Of a stretch of 64,000 nt of DNA, positions 40,746 to 51,867 are shown piece by piece. The notes below the pieces were generated by a model, which did no database searches, was not told where the DNA came from, and worked only from the letters and a program-made list of their open reading frames with translations. Positions within the stretch are counted from its first letter, which is position 1; each line of letters begins with the position of its first letter. The stretch lies in NCBI GenBank assembly GCA_040220235.1, contig JAVJTO010000051.1; one strand, given 5' to 3'. The position numbers and the translations under genes are program-made. The stretch is from Coleofasciculus sp. B1-GNL1-01. Its GTDB lineage: Bacteria; Cyanobacteriota; Cyanobacteriia; Cyanobacteriales; Coleofasciculaceae.

Positions 40746-41233
40746 ATCGTTTTCCTCAAAGTGTTGTCACTTGTTTTTCAATTTTGACAGTCTGTGGGGG
40801 CGATCTCTGTCCCCATAACGATAGAGTTTGGCTACTTGGCAAATTCAAAATTCCCCATGCTGACACCGTAAGCATTCCAATAATGCGCGAATGGTCACTT
40901 GATTGCCATTGCGTTGTATTGATCACTACTCCTGCAATCACAAATGTATGCTGTAGAGATGTGAATACTTTTGTTTCTACTCAACCCAGAGAATCTTGAT
41001 TACTCATACGCGATTGATTGCATGACGTTCGGTTGAAGACAAGCTTTGTTGATCGGTTTTCGGTTATGAACTCTTCGGAGCGCGTCAATCCACCCCGAAA
41101 ATAGCGTAAGGAGTTGGATTATTGAAAAGTTGATCCGTGGTGGCTTGATTCGGTTTCTTTCGGTTTAGTTGATAGTTATTTTCTACGACTTCCTATTTGC
41201 CACGTTTCTTTTATTTAAGCAGATTCAACTTAA

Positions 41234-41461
41234 TCAGGAATCTTGAGGAATAGTATTTTGTCCTTCTAATAATCTGAGATAGGAATAGGGTACAGATAGG
41301 GGCCAAGTAATCGTGGCGATAACAAAACAAACTCCACAGCTCAGTTTATCGTCTTCCGATAACGTATTATCTTCTCTTAAACAGGTAAACCACTTGTTTA
41401 ACAAGCGTACCGCTACGACTAAGTAAAGACTAACTGAGCTAACTAGCATGATATGCAACAT
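41234..41461 (-). CDS. small two-TM hypothetical protein
   Basis: 75 aa, ATG after AGG, WPLSVPYSYL motif. Confidence 0.65.
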   Translation of the reverse strand: MLHIMLVSSVSLYLVVAVRLLNKWFTCLREDNTLSEDDKLSCGVCFVIATITWPLSVPYSYLRLLEGQNTIPQDS

Positions 41462-41654
41462 GGTAAACCTACCTTAAAGAATTGTTTTTTCAGCGCTAAC
41501 GGCTGGTTAAGTCCTTCGCTTTTTATCTAGTATACTGAACGATTTGCTTCTCAAAAGCCTATACTACCTATATTTACACAATCTTCACTGTCGCATTTTT
41601 TCCTTAACTGTATCTTAATAAAGGGAGTTGTTATCCGTCGCCGTTTTGTGATAC

Positions 41655-42725
41655 TCAGGTGAACTGAGTCTGGCAGTACGTGTCAAGCAAAGAAATGCAG
41701 TTGGCGATCGCACCCAAATGAGCCACCTCATAGCCATGGGTGTTTTGTGTCGGGAAACTCAAGCAGGCGGCGCGGGAAACATGACCAAACTTCATGGCAA
41801 TAGACGCATCGCTGCCAAACCCACTAATTGTGGCAAGCTGTAAAGGAACACCAATCCCATTCGCCGCCTGTCGCAGTTCCCAGTTGAGTCCCTCATCGTA
41901 AATCCCGTAGCCATCCTGGGACAACAGCACAGGTGCTTCCCCATCTTCAATTGGGTATTCTGAGGAGAGAGGGCAGATTTCTAGGGCGATTAAAGCATCA
42001 AGCGAGTGATTTTGGCTAAAATACAACGCGCCAATTGCGCCAACTTCTTCCTTCGCCGACGCCACTAAATAAGTATCCACAACGGGAGTTTTGACTTGTT
42101 CGGCGAGACTCAACAGAATGGCAACAGAGGCTTTGTTATCCAAGGTATAACTGGCAATGTAATCCTTGAGGCGTATGGGTCGCTTGCGGTGCTTTCCCAC
42201 AACCATGCGGGTTCCTGGGCGCACCCCAGCAGCGACAAGTTCAGCTAGAGTACATTTCGTTTCCACCCAAGCCTCTTCCCAACGCACGGGGACAGTTTCT
42301 TGTTGTGCTTTTTGGGGAGATTCATGGGAAACGTGACGTGATCCAAAGGAAAGAATCCCACTCAAGGTTTGATTATCCCCTAATAAATCGACAACGCCTT
42401 CCCCATAAACCCAGGGAAATGAGCCGCCGAGTTTGCGGACTTGCACTTGTCCCTGTTCGCCTATCGATTTAACAATACCGCCGATTTCATCTTTATGAGC
42501 AGTAATCGCAATCGATCGCTCAGGGGTTTGACCCGGTATCTTAGCAATAATATTCCCAGCTCGATCCTGCCACGATTCAACCCCTAAGCCATGCAATCGA
42601 CTGATTAGCAGTTGATCAATTTCTCGTTCTGCACCACTAGGAGAATGATGCAGCACTAACTCTTCAATAGTATTAAATAAGTGGTCGTAATTTGAGGATG
42701 GCATGAAGGCGATAAACTCACGCAA
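41655..42725 (-). CDS. M42 family metallopeptidase
   Basis: TAHKDEIG, LDNK, KEEVG, NTHGYE motifs. Confidence 0.9.
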   Translation of the reverse strand: MREFIAFMPSSNYDHLFNTIEELVLHHSPSGAEREIDQLLISRLHGLGVESWQDRAGNIIAKIPGQTPERSIAITAHKDEIGGIVKSIGEQGQVQVRKLGGSFPWVYGEGVVDLLGDNQTLSGILSFGSRHVSHESPQKAQQETVPVRWEEAWVETKCTLAELVAAGVRPGTRMVVGKHRKRPIRLKDYIASYTLDNKASVAILLSLAEQVKTPVVDTYLVASAKEEVGAIGALYFSQNHSLDALIALEICPLSSEYPIEDGEAPVLLSQDGYGIYDEGLNWELRQAANGIGVPLQLATISGFGSDASIAMKFGHVSRAACLSFPTQNTHGYEVAHLGAIANCISLLDTYCQTQFT

Positions 42726-43084
42726 TAAAGGCGAATACTACTGACCTAAGCTAGCTTCATTCGTAGTTGCGCTTTAGCGCCATAAACACCTCAGCGCTGA
42801 CTATAAATCTATGGATGTATTACATCGATTCATAAAACGCTTACGTCAGTGCTATTCAGCTCAAATCAACCAACACGATAACATACTCGTTCTATATCGG
42901 CAATAACAAATAATTCAACATTTAAAGCAAGAGACGTTATTGATATCAGACACAAAATTTCCATCCCTGTAGGGACGGGTTTAGGGATTAATCTTTCTAG
43001 CGTGTGATAATTGAACAGGCAAAACCCGCCCTTCCTATCCCCTAACTTATCAGACGAATCAGATTAGCGTGAGAATCGTCCTGG

Positions 43085-43559
43085 TTAAGGTTTAGGGGTT
43101 GCCGTCTGGAAAAAGGATTGCGCCTCAAACCCTAACCCCTGTGCCAAAACTGAGTTAGAAATTGCTGAATCGTTTGATTGTACCGTTGCACCGCCTGATT
43201 ATAACGCATCCGTTCTACAGCAAGGCGATTTTCTGTCCTGGCTATTTCATACTGAAGGTTCGCAAATAATTGACTTGATTGTAACTGAGAATTATTGGTG
43301 GCATAGTCTTAAAAACGATTAATCGCGTCATTCACTTGTTCCACAGCCGCCGCTTTTTTTCTGGGGTATCCGCTTGTAAATAAGCCTGACGAGATTGCTG
43401 AAATAAAGACCCATTTTTTTTCTCATGTTCGGTGTAAGCTTGAGTGACTCGAACTAAATTAGGAATCAAATCAGCCCGCCGTTGAAGTTGATTTTCCATT
43501 TGCGCCCATTTAGCCTGAACCACAGAAGCATGGCGGGAAAAAGAGTTATATGTCCATTT
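43085..43559 (-). pseudogene. lemA: LemA family pseudogene
   Basis: QLQRRADLIPNLV and, in another frame, LQYEIARTENRLAVERMRYNQAVQRYN; frameshifts and stops. Confidence 0.8.
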
Positions 43560-44180
43560 TTAGTCAGGTTTGTTTAACCGAATTTGATATAAATTAATAC
43601 CTGGAGGCGGTAACTGTGGCTGACATTGAGGACATCGCCACCCCACAAAACTGACAATACCCTTTTCTTGAGAAATTTGGGCAGAGTGACTAAGATAAAA
43701 TCTTAAAGTATTCCCATTTAATTCTTGTAGCGGTTGATGACAATGCTGGCAATAAAACGGTTGCCGTTGTCGTTTTATTCGTGTGGCTGATAACAGATTA
43801 TTGGTTAGTCTGTCTGCCAAAGGAAAAGTACTAACTCCCACCACCAACGCCATAATTGACAAGCTTATCAGTATAAGTATAAGTAAGGTTGGTTCAGGTT
43901 GAGAAGCAACTGTAATAGACCAACCTATCCAATATGTAAATGCAAACCCCATAGCAATCCAACCCATATAAGCAAGCCTTTGATGTAACCTCAGTGCTGA
44001 CTCCTCTAAAAGGACAGTATAGTTTTGATAAATTCTACCATCAGCAGAACCACCTGTTTGGGTGTGTTGTCCTATTGGTGAGATTAATATCGGACGACTC
44101 GCAATAATCCAGATTCGACTATAAGCCAGAATTACCAAAGCTAAACCTAGAATACCAATTAAGAAAATATATGGAATCAT
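43560..44180 (-). CDS. membrane protein with CxxC...CxxC motifs
   Basis: three TM segments; FYCQHC and WRCPQC. Confidence 0.7.
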   Translation of the reverse strand: MIPYIFLIGILGLALVILAYSRIWIIASRPILISPIGQHTQTGGSADGRIYQNYTVLLEESALRLHQRLAYMGWIAMGFAFTYWIGWSITVASQPEPTLLILILISLSIMALVVGVSTFPLADRLTNNLLSATRIKRQRQPFYCQHCHQPLQELNGNTLRFYLSHSAQISQEKGIVSFVGWRCPQCQPQLPPPGINLYQIRLNKPD

Positions 44181-44525
44181 GTTTGAGTTTCGGGATTAAT
44201 GGGAAATAAAAGAAATAGATATAGCTCAGTAGAGGTGTTAAGTAGTCGGACAATTTTCACTCTGTATATTGTTCGTGACAACCTTTAATAAACTATGACG
44301 TGCTGGCTATTGGTTAAAAACTGGAGAGGTATCGAGTCCGGATGTTGATTCAAATTCCGATGTCGTTTTGTTCAAGTTGTAATGACAACGAATTTGAGTA
44401 GAGGGCGACCCAACCTAATTGAATGGAATGGAGTATTTAATTAATGCAAGCGGGTCGCCCCTACAGTCCAGGCCACAGGTATTTCGGATTATCAATAAGG
44501 AGCGATCGCACTCAAGGAAGGCTGC

Positions 44526-45056
44526 TTAGAAATCACCGCCAGCGCCACCACCGCCACTGTCACCACCACCAAAACTACCACCACCGGAATCGCCACCACC
44601 GGAATCGCCACCACTGTAGTTACTGCCTGTATAAACACCTCCCGTGTGACTACTACTCGAAGAACGGCGACGCGAGGAACGACGACTCGAAGAACTGCCA
44701 TTACTATTGGCGACTAGAAAAATCACGACCGTTGGCACACCTAATAGTACGAGTAATGCCAGTAAAGCTTCTCCAGACGATTTATAGATCTTAGATTGGG
44801 ACTCTAAAGACGTAGTATTACTAGCGACTCCAGTATTCATTTTAGCCGTCGGCAAATCGGAAGTAATCGGATTGCTTTGTTTTTCGGTGTCTTCACTAAC
44901 AATCGCTGCTATTTCTGTCGCCAAACCGCTATTGACTGGTTGCGAACTGGTAACCTTATTAATCGTCAATGCTTGTGCGGCAAGGGGTGAAAAAACTGTG
45001 AGGCAAAGTGGAACTGTCCAAAGTATCTGTTTAAAATTAGGGGCAAAAGATTTCAT
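44526..45056 (-). CDS. TPM-less paralog: signal peptide, TM, Gly-rich tail
   Basis: N-terminus homologous to 46042..46857; tail SFGGGDSGGGGAGGDF. Confidence 0.7.
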   Translation of the reverse strand: MKSFAPNFKQILWTVPLCLTVFSPLAAQALTINKVTSSQPVNSGLATEIAAIVSEDTEKQSNPITSDLPTAKMNTGVASNTTSLESQSKIYKSSGEALLALLVLLGVPTVVIFLVANSNGSSSSRRSSRRRSSSSSHTGGVYTGSNYSGGDSGGGDSGGGSFGGGDSGGGGAGGDF

Positions 45057-45366
45057 GATTTCAATCTCCAAAAAAACTTGATGTTGATTGGGTTATGTGA
45101 GAACGCTGTCAATTCTTGAATCTGCGTCGTCTGTCTCTTACTCGCTATTGAGTCTTGGCTTTTATGCGAGAGGTTGATTGTTGTAATATCTCTTTACAAC
45201 TTGATAGTGTCGATTAACTAACTTAAGAGTTGGTAGAAAGTGATGCGATCGCTGATGGCGAAGACAGCGCCACTACAAACCAATGATGTTAGATGTAAGA
45301 GTTTGTAGTAAGCGCTTTAGCGCTTCTGGCACTAAAGTGCCTACTACGAACCAATATTGATTCCGT

Positions 45367-45831
45367 TTAGAAACCACCACCGCAACCGCCACCACCACTG
45401 GAACCGCCACCGCTGCAACCGCCGCCACCACTGGAGCCACTGCCACCGCTGCAACCGCCGCCACCACTAGAACCGCCGCTAAAGCCACCGCCCGTGTAGC
45501 CACTGTAGCCACTACTCGAAGAACGACGACTACCAGAACGATAACCGCTAGAACTGCTATCGCTATTTAGGGCTAGAATCAGCACTCCAACAGGTATGCC
45601 TAATAGTATGAGTAGTGCCAAAATAGCCTCGTTAGACGACTTATAAATACTGTCTTCAGCAGATGTCGTATTACTCGCGACTACAGTACTCGTTTCAGTA
45701 ATGACTGCTTTTGTTTCGTCGAATGTGCTTTCTTCAACGGTTAGGGCTTGGGCAGCCAGAGGGGAGAAAAAGGTTAGACAAACTGGAACTGTCCAAATCA
45801 TCTGTTTGAGTTGACGTGCCAAAGGTTTCAT
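45367..45831 (-). CDS. TPM-less paralog: signal peptide, TM, Gly/Cys-rich tail
   Basis: WTVPVCLTFFSPLAAQALTVEE; GGGGCSGG repeats. Confidence 0.7.
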   Translation of the reverse strand: MKPLARQLKQMIWTVPVCLTFFSPLAAQALTVEESTFDETKAVITETSTVVASNTTSAEDSIYKSSNEAILALLILLGIPVGVLILALNSDSSSSGYRSGSRRSSSSGYSGYTGGGFSGGSSGGGGCSGGSGSSGGGGCSGGGSSGGGGCGGGF

Positions 45832-46041
45832 GGTTTTAATCTCCGATAAACTGTTGATGTTGATTAGGTTATGGGGGAAAGCTGTAACTTCCTGAAGCTG
45901 AGTTGTCTGTTTCTTATTCATGGTTAACTCCTTGGTTGTCTGCAAAAGGTCAATTTGAGGAATAATGTTGCACACATTTAGCAAGCATCTGTTCTAGACT
46001 TGCGGCAGTCAAACCTTGTCAGTCTTCAACCGGACATGATC

Positions 46042-46857
46042 TTATAAATCACCGCCACCAAAACTGCAACCACTAGAACCACCACTACTGATACCGCCAT
46101 TGGAAGAACGCCTAGAATAACGATGCTTAGAATAACGACGCCTGGAAGAACGGTTACTATTGCGATTAGCAGCGAGTAGGACAATGATGCCCACAGGTAC
46201 TCCTATAAATAGAAGTAATGATTGCAACGTCCATCTAGAAAAGGTTTCTTCACTAGATAATTGAGATGAAGATACAGCCGTCGTACTGTTGGTCGTTTTT
46301 CTATTCGTTTGGATAGTATCGGTTGTATTGACGTCATCGCCTAATTGAACAACTAATGCTTTGGTTCCGGCTAATGTACCCGTGTCAAAGTCACCTTGCT
46401 TAAAAGGCGGAGTAATTTTAGTTTCGATAATCTGACCTACCTGGCCATCGGGTAAAATCGGTTCGATACCGTATCCGGTTTCAATCTCAACGCGGCGATC
46501 GCCTATGGAAATCAAAAACAGTACACCGTTGTCCTCATCCGCTTTGCCAATCCCCCAGTGATTGAACAATTTAGTGGTAAATGCTTTGGGTGAGGCGGCG
46601 GGAGACGTTTCAGGTACAGTCACCACTGCAATTTCTGTGCCATTTTCAATTTCCAACTCGGAAATCATTTGATTGAGTTGGCGTTCCGTATCCTGACTGA
46701 GAATATCTGCCATATCTGTTACCCAAGTGCCATTTAGCTGTTGAGGATTAGGAACCTCTTCAACGGTTAAGGCGTGGGCGGAAAGAGGTGAGAGGACAGT
46801 GAGACAGAAGGGAACTGCCCAAATTGCCTGTTTGATTTTAGTAGTTATTGTTTTCAT
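46042..46857 (-). CDS. TPM domain-containing protein
   Basis: WVTDMADIL, LFNHWGIGK..DNGVLFLIS.GDRRVEIETGYG. Confidence 0.9.
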   Translation of the reverse strand: MKTITTKIKQAIWAVPFCLTVLSPLSAHALTVEEVPNPQQLNGTWVTDMADILSQDTERQLNQMISELEIENGTEIAVVTVPETSPAASPKAFTTKLFNHWGIGKADEDNGVLFLISIGDRRVEIETGYGIEPILPDGQVGQIIETKITPPFKQGDFDTGTLAGTKALVVQLGDDVNTTDTIQTNRKTTNSTTAVSSSQLSSEETFSRWTLQSLLLFIGVPVGIIVLLAANRNSNRSSRRRYSKHRYSRRSSNGGISSGGSSGCSFGGGDL

Positions 46858-46899
46858 GATGTATTTCCTCTAAAAGCTGGAGTAAGTTTGTCACAGTCG

Positions 46900-47184
46900 T
46901 CAGGATGCACTTACCGAAACTGGATCAGTTTCCAGAGTCTGAGATGAAGTGGGTGTCACCTCTGCCTCACATAAAAATGCGATCGCAGGCTTGTTAATGC
47001 ACAGAGAGGACATTTGCGTGAGTGGCTGTCCCGGTTGGTGGATTTCTACATCCGTCAACACAATGAAATTTCGAGAATTATTGAGCATATCGGAGAGTCG
47101 AGAGCGATAGCTGTTAGGAAGGGCAGAAACTGCCATATCACCGAATATTTGAACGTTATTTAGGGTTAAAATTTGGACTCTCAT
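46900..47184 (-). CDS. small hypothetical protein
   Basis: ATG after GAGGAAG; RLSDMLNNSRNFIVLTDV. Confidence 0.65.
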   Translation of the reverse strand: MRVQILTLNNVQIFGDMAVSALPNSYRSRLSDMLNNSRNFIVLTDVEIHQPGQPLTQMSSLCINKPAIAFLCEAEVTPTSSQTLETDPVSVSAS

Positions 47185-47550
47185 CGAATTCTTCCTCAAA
47201 TTTCATTTATGCCGTCTGCTGACACCCTGTTCGTTTTTTGCTCATTCTTGTGAGTTATTTATGTTATAGCCTCTTTAAGTGAGCCTTGTCAAGGGGGAAG
47301 TACAAGCTTTAAACCGCCTTAGGATTCAACGCCAAGCTAAAGCTTAACGTCCTATAAAGACTACTGGATGGGAGTTTGAGTCAATTTAAACCGTACAAAA
47401 TGCCCTGGAAAGTGGAGGAACGTGAGTTATGTGAGCTATGTGAGGTATAGGTCAACCCCTACAACAGTTAGGACTGATAACCCACCTGCATAAGAAAGGA
47501 GCAGGGGGAGTAGAGGAAGATAAAATCTTGAAATATCATTGAGGCGAACC

Positions 47551-48426
47551 ATGGCAAACATCCCCAGCTTTACCCCTCAACCCACAGCCGATGGCTCATT
47601 CACCTTCTTTTCTGAAGCGTTTGGTGAATATTTCCACAGCACTCAAGGGGCAAAAACGGAAGCGTTGTTAAAATTTGTGGAACCTTGTCATCTGAAACAA
47701 AAAGCCCAACAGCAGGTTGTGCGTCTGCTGGATATCTGCTACGGCTTAGGCTACAATACGGCGGCGGCTCTAGAAACGATTTGGACGATTAATCCCAGAT
47801 GTCAAGTTGAATTAGTCGCCCTGGAATTAGACCCGACTGTACCGCGAAGCGCGATCGCACATCATTTTCTCAGTGGCTGGAATCACCCGATTCCCGAACT
47901 CCTAGAGTGTCTGGTGACAACCTCAGAAGTTAAAACGGATCAGCTTCAGGCGCAACTTTATTTCGGCGACGCCAGAAATAGCATCCAGCAATTGTCTCAG
48001 TTGAACCTCCAAGCTGATGCTATTTTTCTCGATCCCTTTTCTTCCCGTCGCTGTCCCCAATTATGGACAGTGGAATTTTTTCAGCAATTAGCTGAATGCT
48101 GTGCCAAAACAGGTAGACTAGCAACCTATTCCTGTGCGGCAGCTGTCCGTAGCGGCTTAATAACGGCTGGATTTAAGATTGGTTCGACACCCCCTGTAGG
48201 GGGACGACAACCGGGAACTGTGGCAAGTTTTGACGCTTCCACTCTACCCCCTTTCTCGGAGCGATCGCGTCAACATTTGCAAACCCGTGCGGCTATTCCC
48301 TATCGTGATCCTCAACTTGCGGATCAGGCTGAGATTATTCTGCAACGGCGGCAAATTGAGCAGCAATCTTCTACTCTCGAACCCACCTCACACTGGCAAA
48401 AACGTTGGTCGGCGAAAGAGGGATGA
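47551..48426 (+). CDS. MnmC-like SAM-dependent methyltransferase
   Basis: TADGSFT, LDICYGLGYN, FLDPFS..CPQLWT, LATYS motifs. Confidence 0.85.
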   Translation: MANIPSFTPQPTADGSFTFFSEAFGEYFHSTQGAKTEALLKFVEPCHLKQKAQQQVVRLLDICYGLGYNTAAALETIWTINPRCQVELVALELDPTVPRSAIAHHFLSGWNHPIPELLECLVTTSEVKTDQLQAQLYFGDARNSIQQLSQLNLQADAIFLDPFSSRRCPQLWTVEFFQQLAECCAKTGRLATYSCAAAVRSGLITAGFKIGSTPPVGGRQPGTVASFDASTLPPFSERSRQHLQTRAAIPYRDPQLADQAEIILQRRQIEQQSSTLEPTSHWQKRWSAKEG

Positions 48427-48612
48427 GGGAGCGAGGGGAAGCAGGGGGAGCGGGGGAAGCAGGGGAAGCAGGGGAAGCAGAGGGAAGATGGGGGAGATGG
48501 GGGAGATGGGGAAGATAGGGAAGATGGGGGAGATGGGGAAGATGGGGGAGATGGGGAAGATGGGGGAGATGGGGAAGATGGGGGAGAATGACGAATGACA
48601 AAGGACGAATGA
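48427..48612. repeat. STRR block (GGGGAAGCA/GGGGAGATG 9-mers and GAATGAC heptamers)
   Basis: directly visible tandem arrays. Confidence 0.9.
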
Positions 48613-49533
48613 CTAATGACTAATCCCCCATAGGAAAGCAGCCACACCGAGTAAACACAAGATACCCGATATCCCAGCTAAGGGATTATCTCCTATTCCC
48701 GTTATCCATATCGATCCTTTTCTGGTATAAGAAATCAGTTTGGCTTCCTGAAGACAGGTTAATCCCCAAATCCAACCCGCATGAAGTCCCCAGGCTAAGC
48801 CTAAACTCCCCCCATTTACACACCGGGCTAAAACTAATACCATACCCATTAGCCACAATCCAGGAATTTGAGGGAGCGTCTGTTGCTGTTCCCAAATCAG
48901 ATGTAATAGAGCAAAAATCAGACTGGATATTACCGCCGCTATTGCTAGAGAATAGTCCTGTTGGAGTTCCGTCAGAAGGAACCCGCGAAACACCAATTCC
49001 TCGATTAATCCAATCCCTAGTCCTATTGCACATATTGGCAGTCCAATCCGGGTCAATTGCTGCCAATTTTCTCCATGCCAATCCACCCAGCCTACTAGCC
49101 ATTGTCCCGTAAAGCTGATTCCTAAGCTCAAAATTGCCACGCCCAATCCCCCGACTAAGGATATCAAAATCCGCGTCGTCCAGTCCCAGCCATAGTCGGG
49201 AAACGATGTATCTTCTATCTGTGTTGCCCCCCAGATAATCAGGGGGGCAATGAGGTAAAGAACAGCGACGAATGGCAACTTTTTCTGTGCTGCCAAAGGC
49301 TTAGGAGGATGCCATTTCAGTCGGGTGGCGATCGCGATGGCTAAGGGCAACCACAACGCAGACCAAGCCAGAAAAAAAACCGCGACTTTTACTAGCGCCG
49401 ATGCGCTTATTAGCCAAATAATACACGGATTATCTGCCTGATCAAACATAGCCATAAGCGAGATCGGCAAACGGTGAGGAGCTATAATTTTTACGCTGCT
49501 ACTTTCATGCTGCCAAGGATGGATACTTTGCAT
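48613..49533 (-). CDS. CPBP (CAAX/Abi) intramembrane metalloprotease
   Basis: EELVFRG, FALLH, GLHAGW motifs; start uncertain. Confidence 0.88.
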   Translation of the reverse strand: MQSIHPWQHESSSVKIIAPHRLPISLMAMFDQADNPCIIWLISASALVKVAVFFLAWSALWLPLAIAIATRLKWHPPKPLAAQKKLPFVAVLYLIAPLIIWGATQIEDTSFPDYGWDWTTRILISLVGGLGVAILSLGISFTGQWLVGWVDWHGENWQQLTRIGLPICAIGLGIGLIEELVFRGFLLTELQQDYSLAIAAVISSLIFALLHLIWEQQQTLPQIPGLWLMGMVLVLARCVNGGSLGLAWGLHAGWIWGLTCLQEAKLISYTRKGSIWITGIGDNPLAGISGILCLLGVAAFLWGISH

Positions 49534-49560
49534 AACCCATCCTTTTTAGCATGAACTGCC

Positions 49561-49974
49561 TCAAACCTCTGCGGCTTCCAATTCCTCTTCGGACTCCTCA
49601 GATGTATCCAGATCCACCTGTTTTAGATGGATATGCTTGTAGCCCAGTTTAATTTCAAACTCATCACCGGGCTTCAATCCCATTTCCTGAGTGTAGGTTG
49701 AGCCAATCACAATCTGACCATTTTTATGGACGCTGACGCGATATGTCGGTTCCCGACCACGACCATCTTTTGCTCCCTCTGGATCTAAGGGAACACCCTT
49801 CGCCGCTAACACCGCATCATAAAAATCAGTTAAGTTGACGCGGGTCTGACCTGTTTTACTTTCGGAGTAATAGCCACAGCGTTTTGCTGTTTCTCGCCGA
49901 GGCAAGTGAGAAAGCTCTTTTACTTTTTGAAGTAAGGCTTTCCCCGTTAATGCATTAGCTTGGGTCTCTGCCAT
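49561..49974 (-). CDS. cyanobacterial AbrB-like regulator (cyAbrB)
   Basis: LTGKALLQKVK, AKRCGYY, SVHKNGQIVIGSTYT, GDEFEIKLG. Confidence 0.92.
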   Translation of the reverse strand: MAETQANALTGKALLQKVKELSHLPRRETAKRCGYYSESKTGQTRVNLTDFYDAVLAAKGVPLDPEGAKDGRGREPTYRVSVHKNGQIVIGSTYTQEMGLKPGDEFEIKLGYKHIHLKQVDLDTSEESEEELEAAEV

Positions 49975-50541
49975 AATTTCACAGACTATCCTTTATTTTT
50001 CAGGATGGTAAACGTCGTATGCTGCCAAGTGTATTTGGCTATATAAAAAATATATCGTTAAATCTCTGGTTTTGGTCAAGATTTTTTTGATCATTTATTA
50101 AAATTTCTAGGAATTTGAGCCATAAGGATTTTCCGGAGACGCCAAAGCCGCTTCTTAGGTTAAAATTTTAACCAAGATAGGACTCCGTGGCAAAAGATCG
50201 AACCTGAAGTATGTTCAGATCAGTGATCCATCTGGAGATTTGGCAGGTCATCTGGGAAAAATTTGACCAGACACAAGGGAGAGAGCATCTATCAACAGAA
50301 AATCAACACTCCCAAGGATGAATGCTGAGTGACCGCCGATTGTCTTAGACTGTAGTCAGTTTGCTAAATATCGCGGCTAAATGCTCACGGACAAGTTGAG
50401 CGAGTACCTTCTGGCAATATTTCTCATCTATATTTATGGGCGATCAGGAAATGAGGGGGTGATGGTCAATGGGTAGGTTGTGACTCCTGAGAAGGTGGTA
50501 ATTTTCATATAGGTGTTGAGATACAAAGAGAGCATATCACT

Positions 50542-51558
50542 ATGCAAGTTGCCTTTAAAATCATTCGACAGACTCAAAATACCTCCCCCACTATCGAGAC
50601 TTACAAGTTAGATGTGGAGGAAGGAAACACAATTCTGGAGTGCCTGAATCGGATTAAGTGGGAGCAAGATGGAACTTTAGCATTTCGCAAGAATTGTCGC
50701 AACACAATCTGTGGTAGCTGTGCGATGCGGATCAATGGTCGCTCCGCACTGGCTTGTAAAGAAAATGTGGGCAATGAATTGGCGCAGCTCCCTGAGCATC
50801 ATCGCCCGGAGATTCCGGAAATCACAATTGCCCCCCTGGGTAATTTACCCGTGATTAAGGATTTAGTCGTGGATATGCGGAGCTTTTGGGACAACTTAGA
50901 AGCGGTTGAACCCTACGTTAGCACAGCCGGACGAACCATTCCAGAACGGGAATTTTTACAAAGTCCCCAAGAGCGATCGCGCCTGGATCAGAATGGTAAT
51001 TGTATCATGTGTGGCGCTTGTTATTCAGAATGTAATGCTCGCGAGGTTGATCCCACATTTGTTGGTCCTCACGCCCTCGCCAAAGCCCAACGTCTAGTCG
51101 CCGATTCTCGCGATACCGCCATAGAAAGTCGCCTGGAAAACTACAATCAAGGCACTCAGGGAGTGTGGGGATGTACCCGCTGTTTAATGTGTAACGCCGT
51201 TTGCCCGATGGATGTCGCCCCCATGGATCAAATCGGTAAAATTAAACAAGAAATTCTGACTCGCAAAGACAAGCAAGCCAGCCGCTCAATCCGCCATCGC
51301 AAAGTCTTAATTGATTTGGTCAAACAAGGAGGTTGGGTTGATGAGCGCAAATTTGGTATCCAAGTGGTGGCGAACTTCTTCCGAGATATTAAAGGAATGC
51401 TCAGTTTAAGTCCCCTCGGATTACGGATGCTCGCCCGTGGTAAATTCCCCCTAGGATTTGACGCCTCCGAAGACACCGCCCAAGTGCGATCGCTGATTGA
51501 ATCCGTCCAAACCTTGAAATCTGAGACACCAGAGGAAGAAATTTTACCAAAATCATGA
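50542..51558 (+). CDS. sdhB: succinate dehydrogenase iron-sulfur subunit
   Basis: [28 protein letters not shown]. Confidence 0.93.
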   Translation: MQVAFKIIRQTQNTSPTIETYKLDVEEGNTILECLNRIKWEQDGTLAFRKNCRNTICGSCAMRINGRSALACKENVGNELAQLPEHHRPEIPEITIAPLGNLPVIKDLVVDMRSFWDNLEAVEPYVSTAGRTIPEREFLQSPQERSRLDQNGNCIMCGACYSECNAREVDPTFVGPHALAKAQRLVADSRDTAIESRLENYNQGTQGVWGCTRCLMCNAVCPMDVAPMDQIGKIKQEILTRKDKQASRSIRHRKVLIDLVKQGGWVDERKFGIQVVANFFRDIKGMLSLSPLGLRMLARGKFPLGFDASEDTAQVRSLIESVQTLKSETPEEEILPKS

Positions 51559-51743
51559 CATCTCAAACACCCACCCCAGAAGAATCGACAACAGAAACCC
51601 CCAACCAACCCGAACCCGCTTTTGGGTGGACACCTTACGCCGAACAAATCAACGGACGGTTTGCCATGATCGCATTTGTGGCTTTATTGCTGATCGAGTT
51701 GATTACTGGTAAAGGTTTATTAGGCTGGTTGGGTTTGATTTAG
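51555..51743 (+). CDS. high-light-inducible protein (CAB/ELIP/HLIP)
   Basis: [13 protein letters not shown] chlorophyll-binding motif. Confidence 0.92.
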   Translation: MTSQTPTPEESTTETPNQPEPAFGWTPYAEQINGRFAMIAFVALLLIELITGKGLLGWLGLI

Positions 51744-51867
51744 TTATTGGTCATTTGTCCTTTGTTAGGGAGCAGGGAACAGGGAACAGAATAGTGTAGA
51801 GACGTAGCATGCTACGTCTCTACACCCCCATCTCCCCACACCCGACACCCGACACCCGATACCCTGA

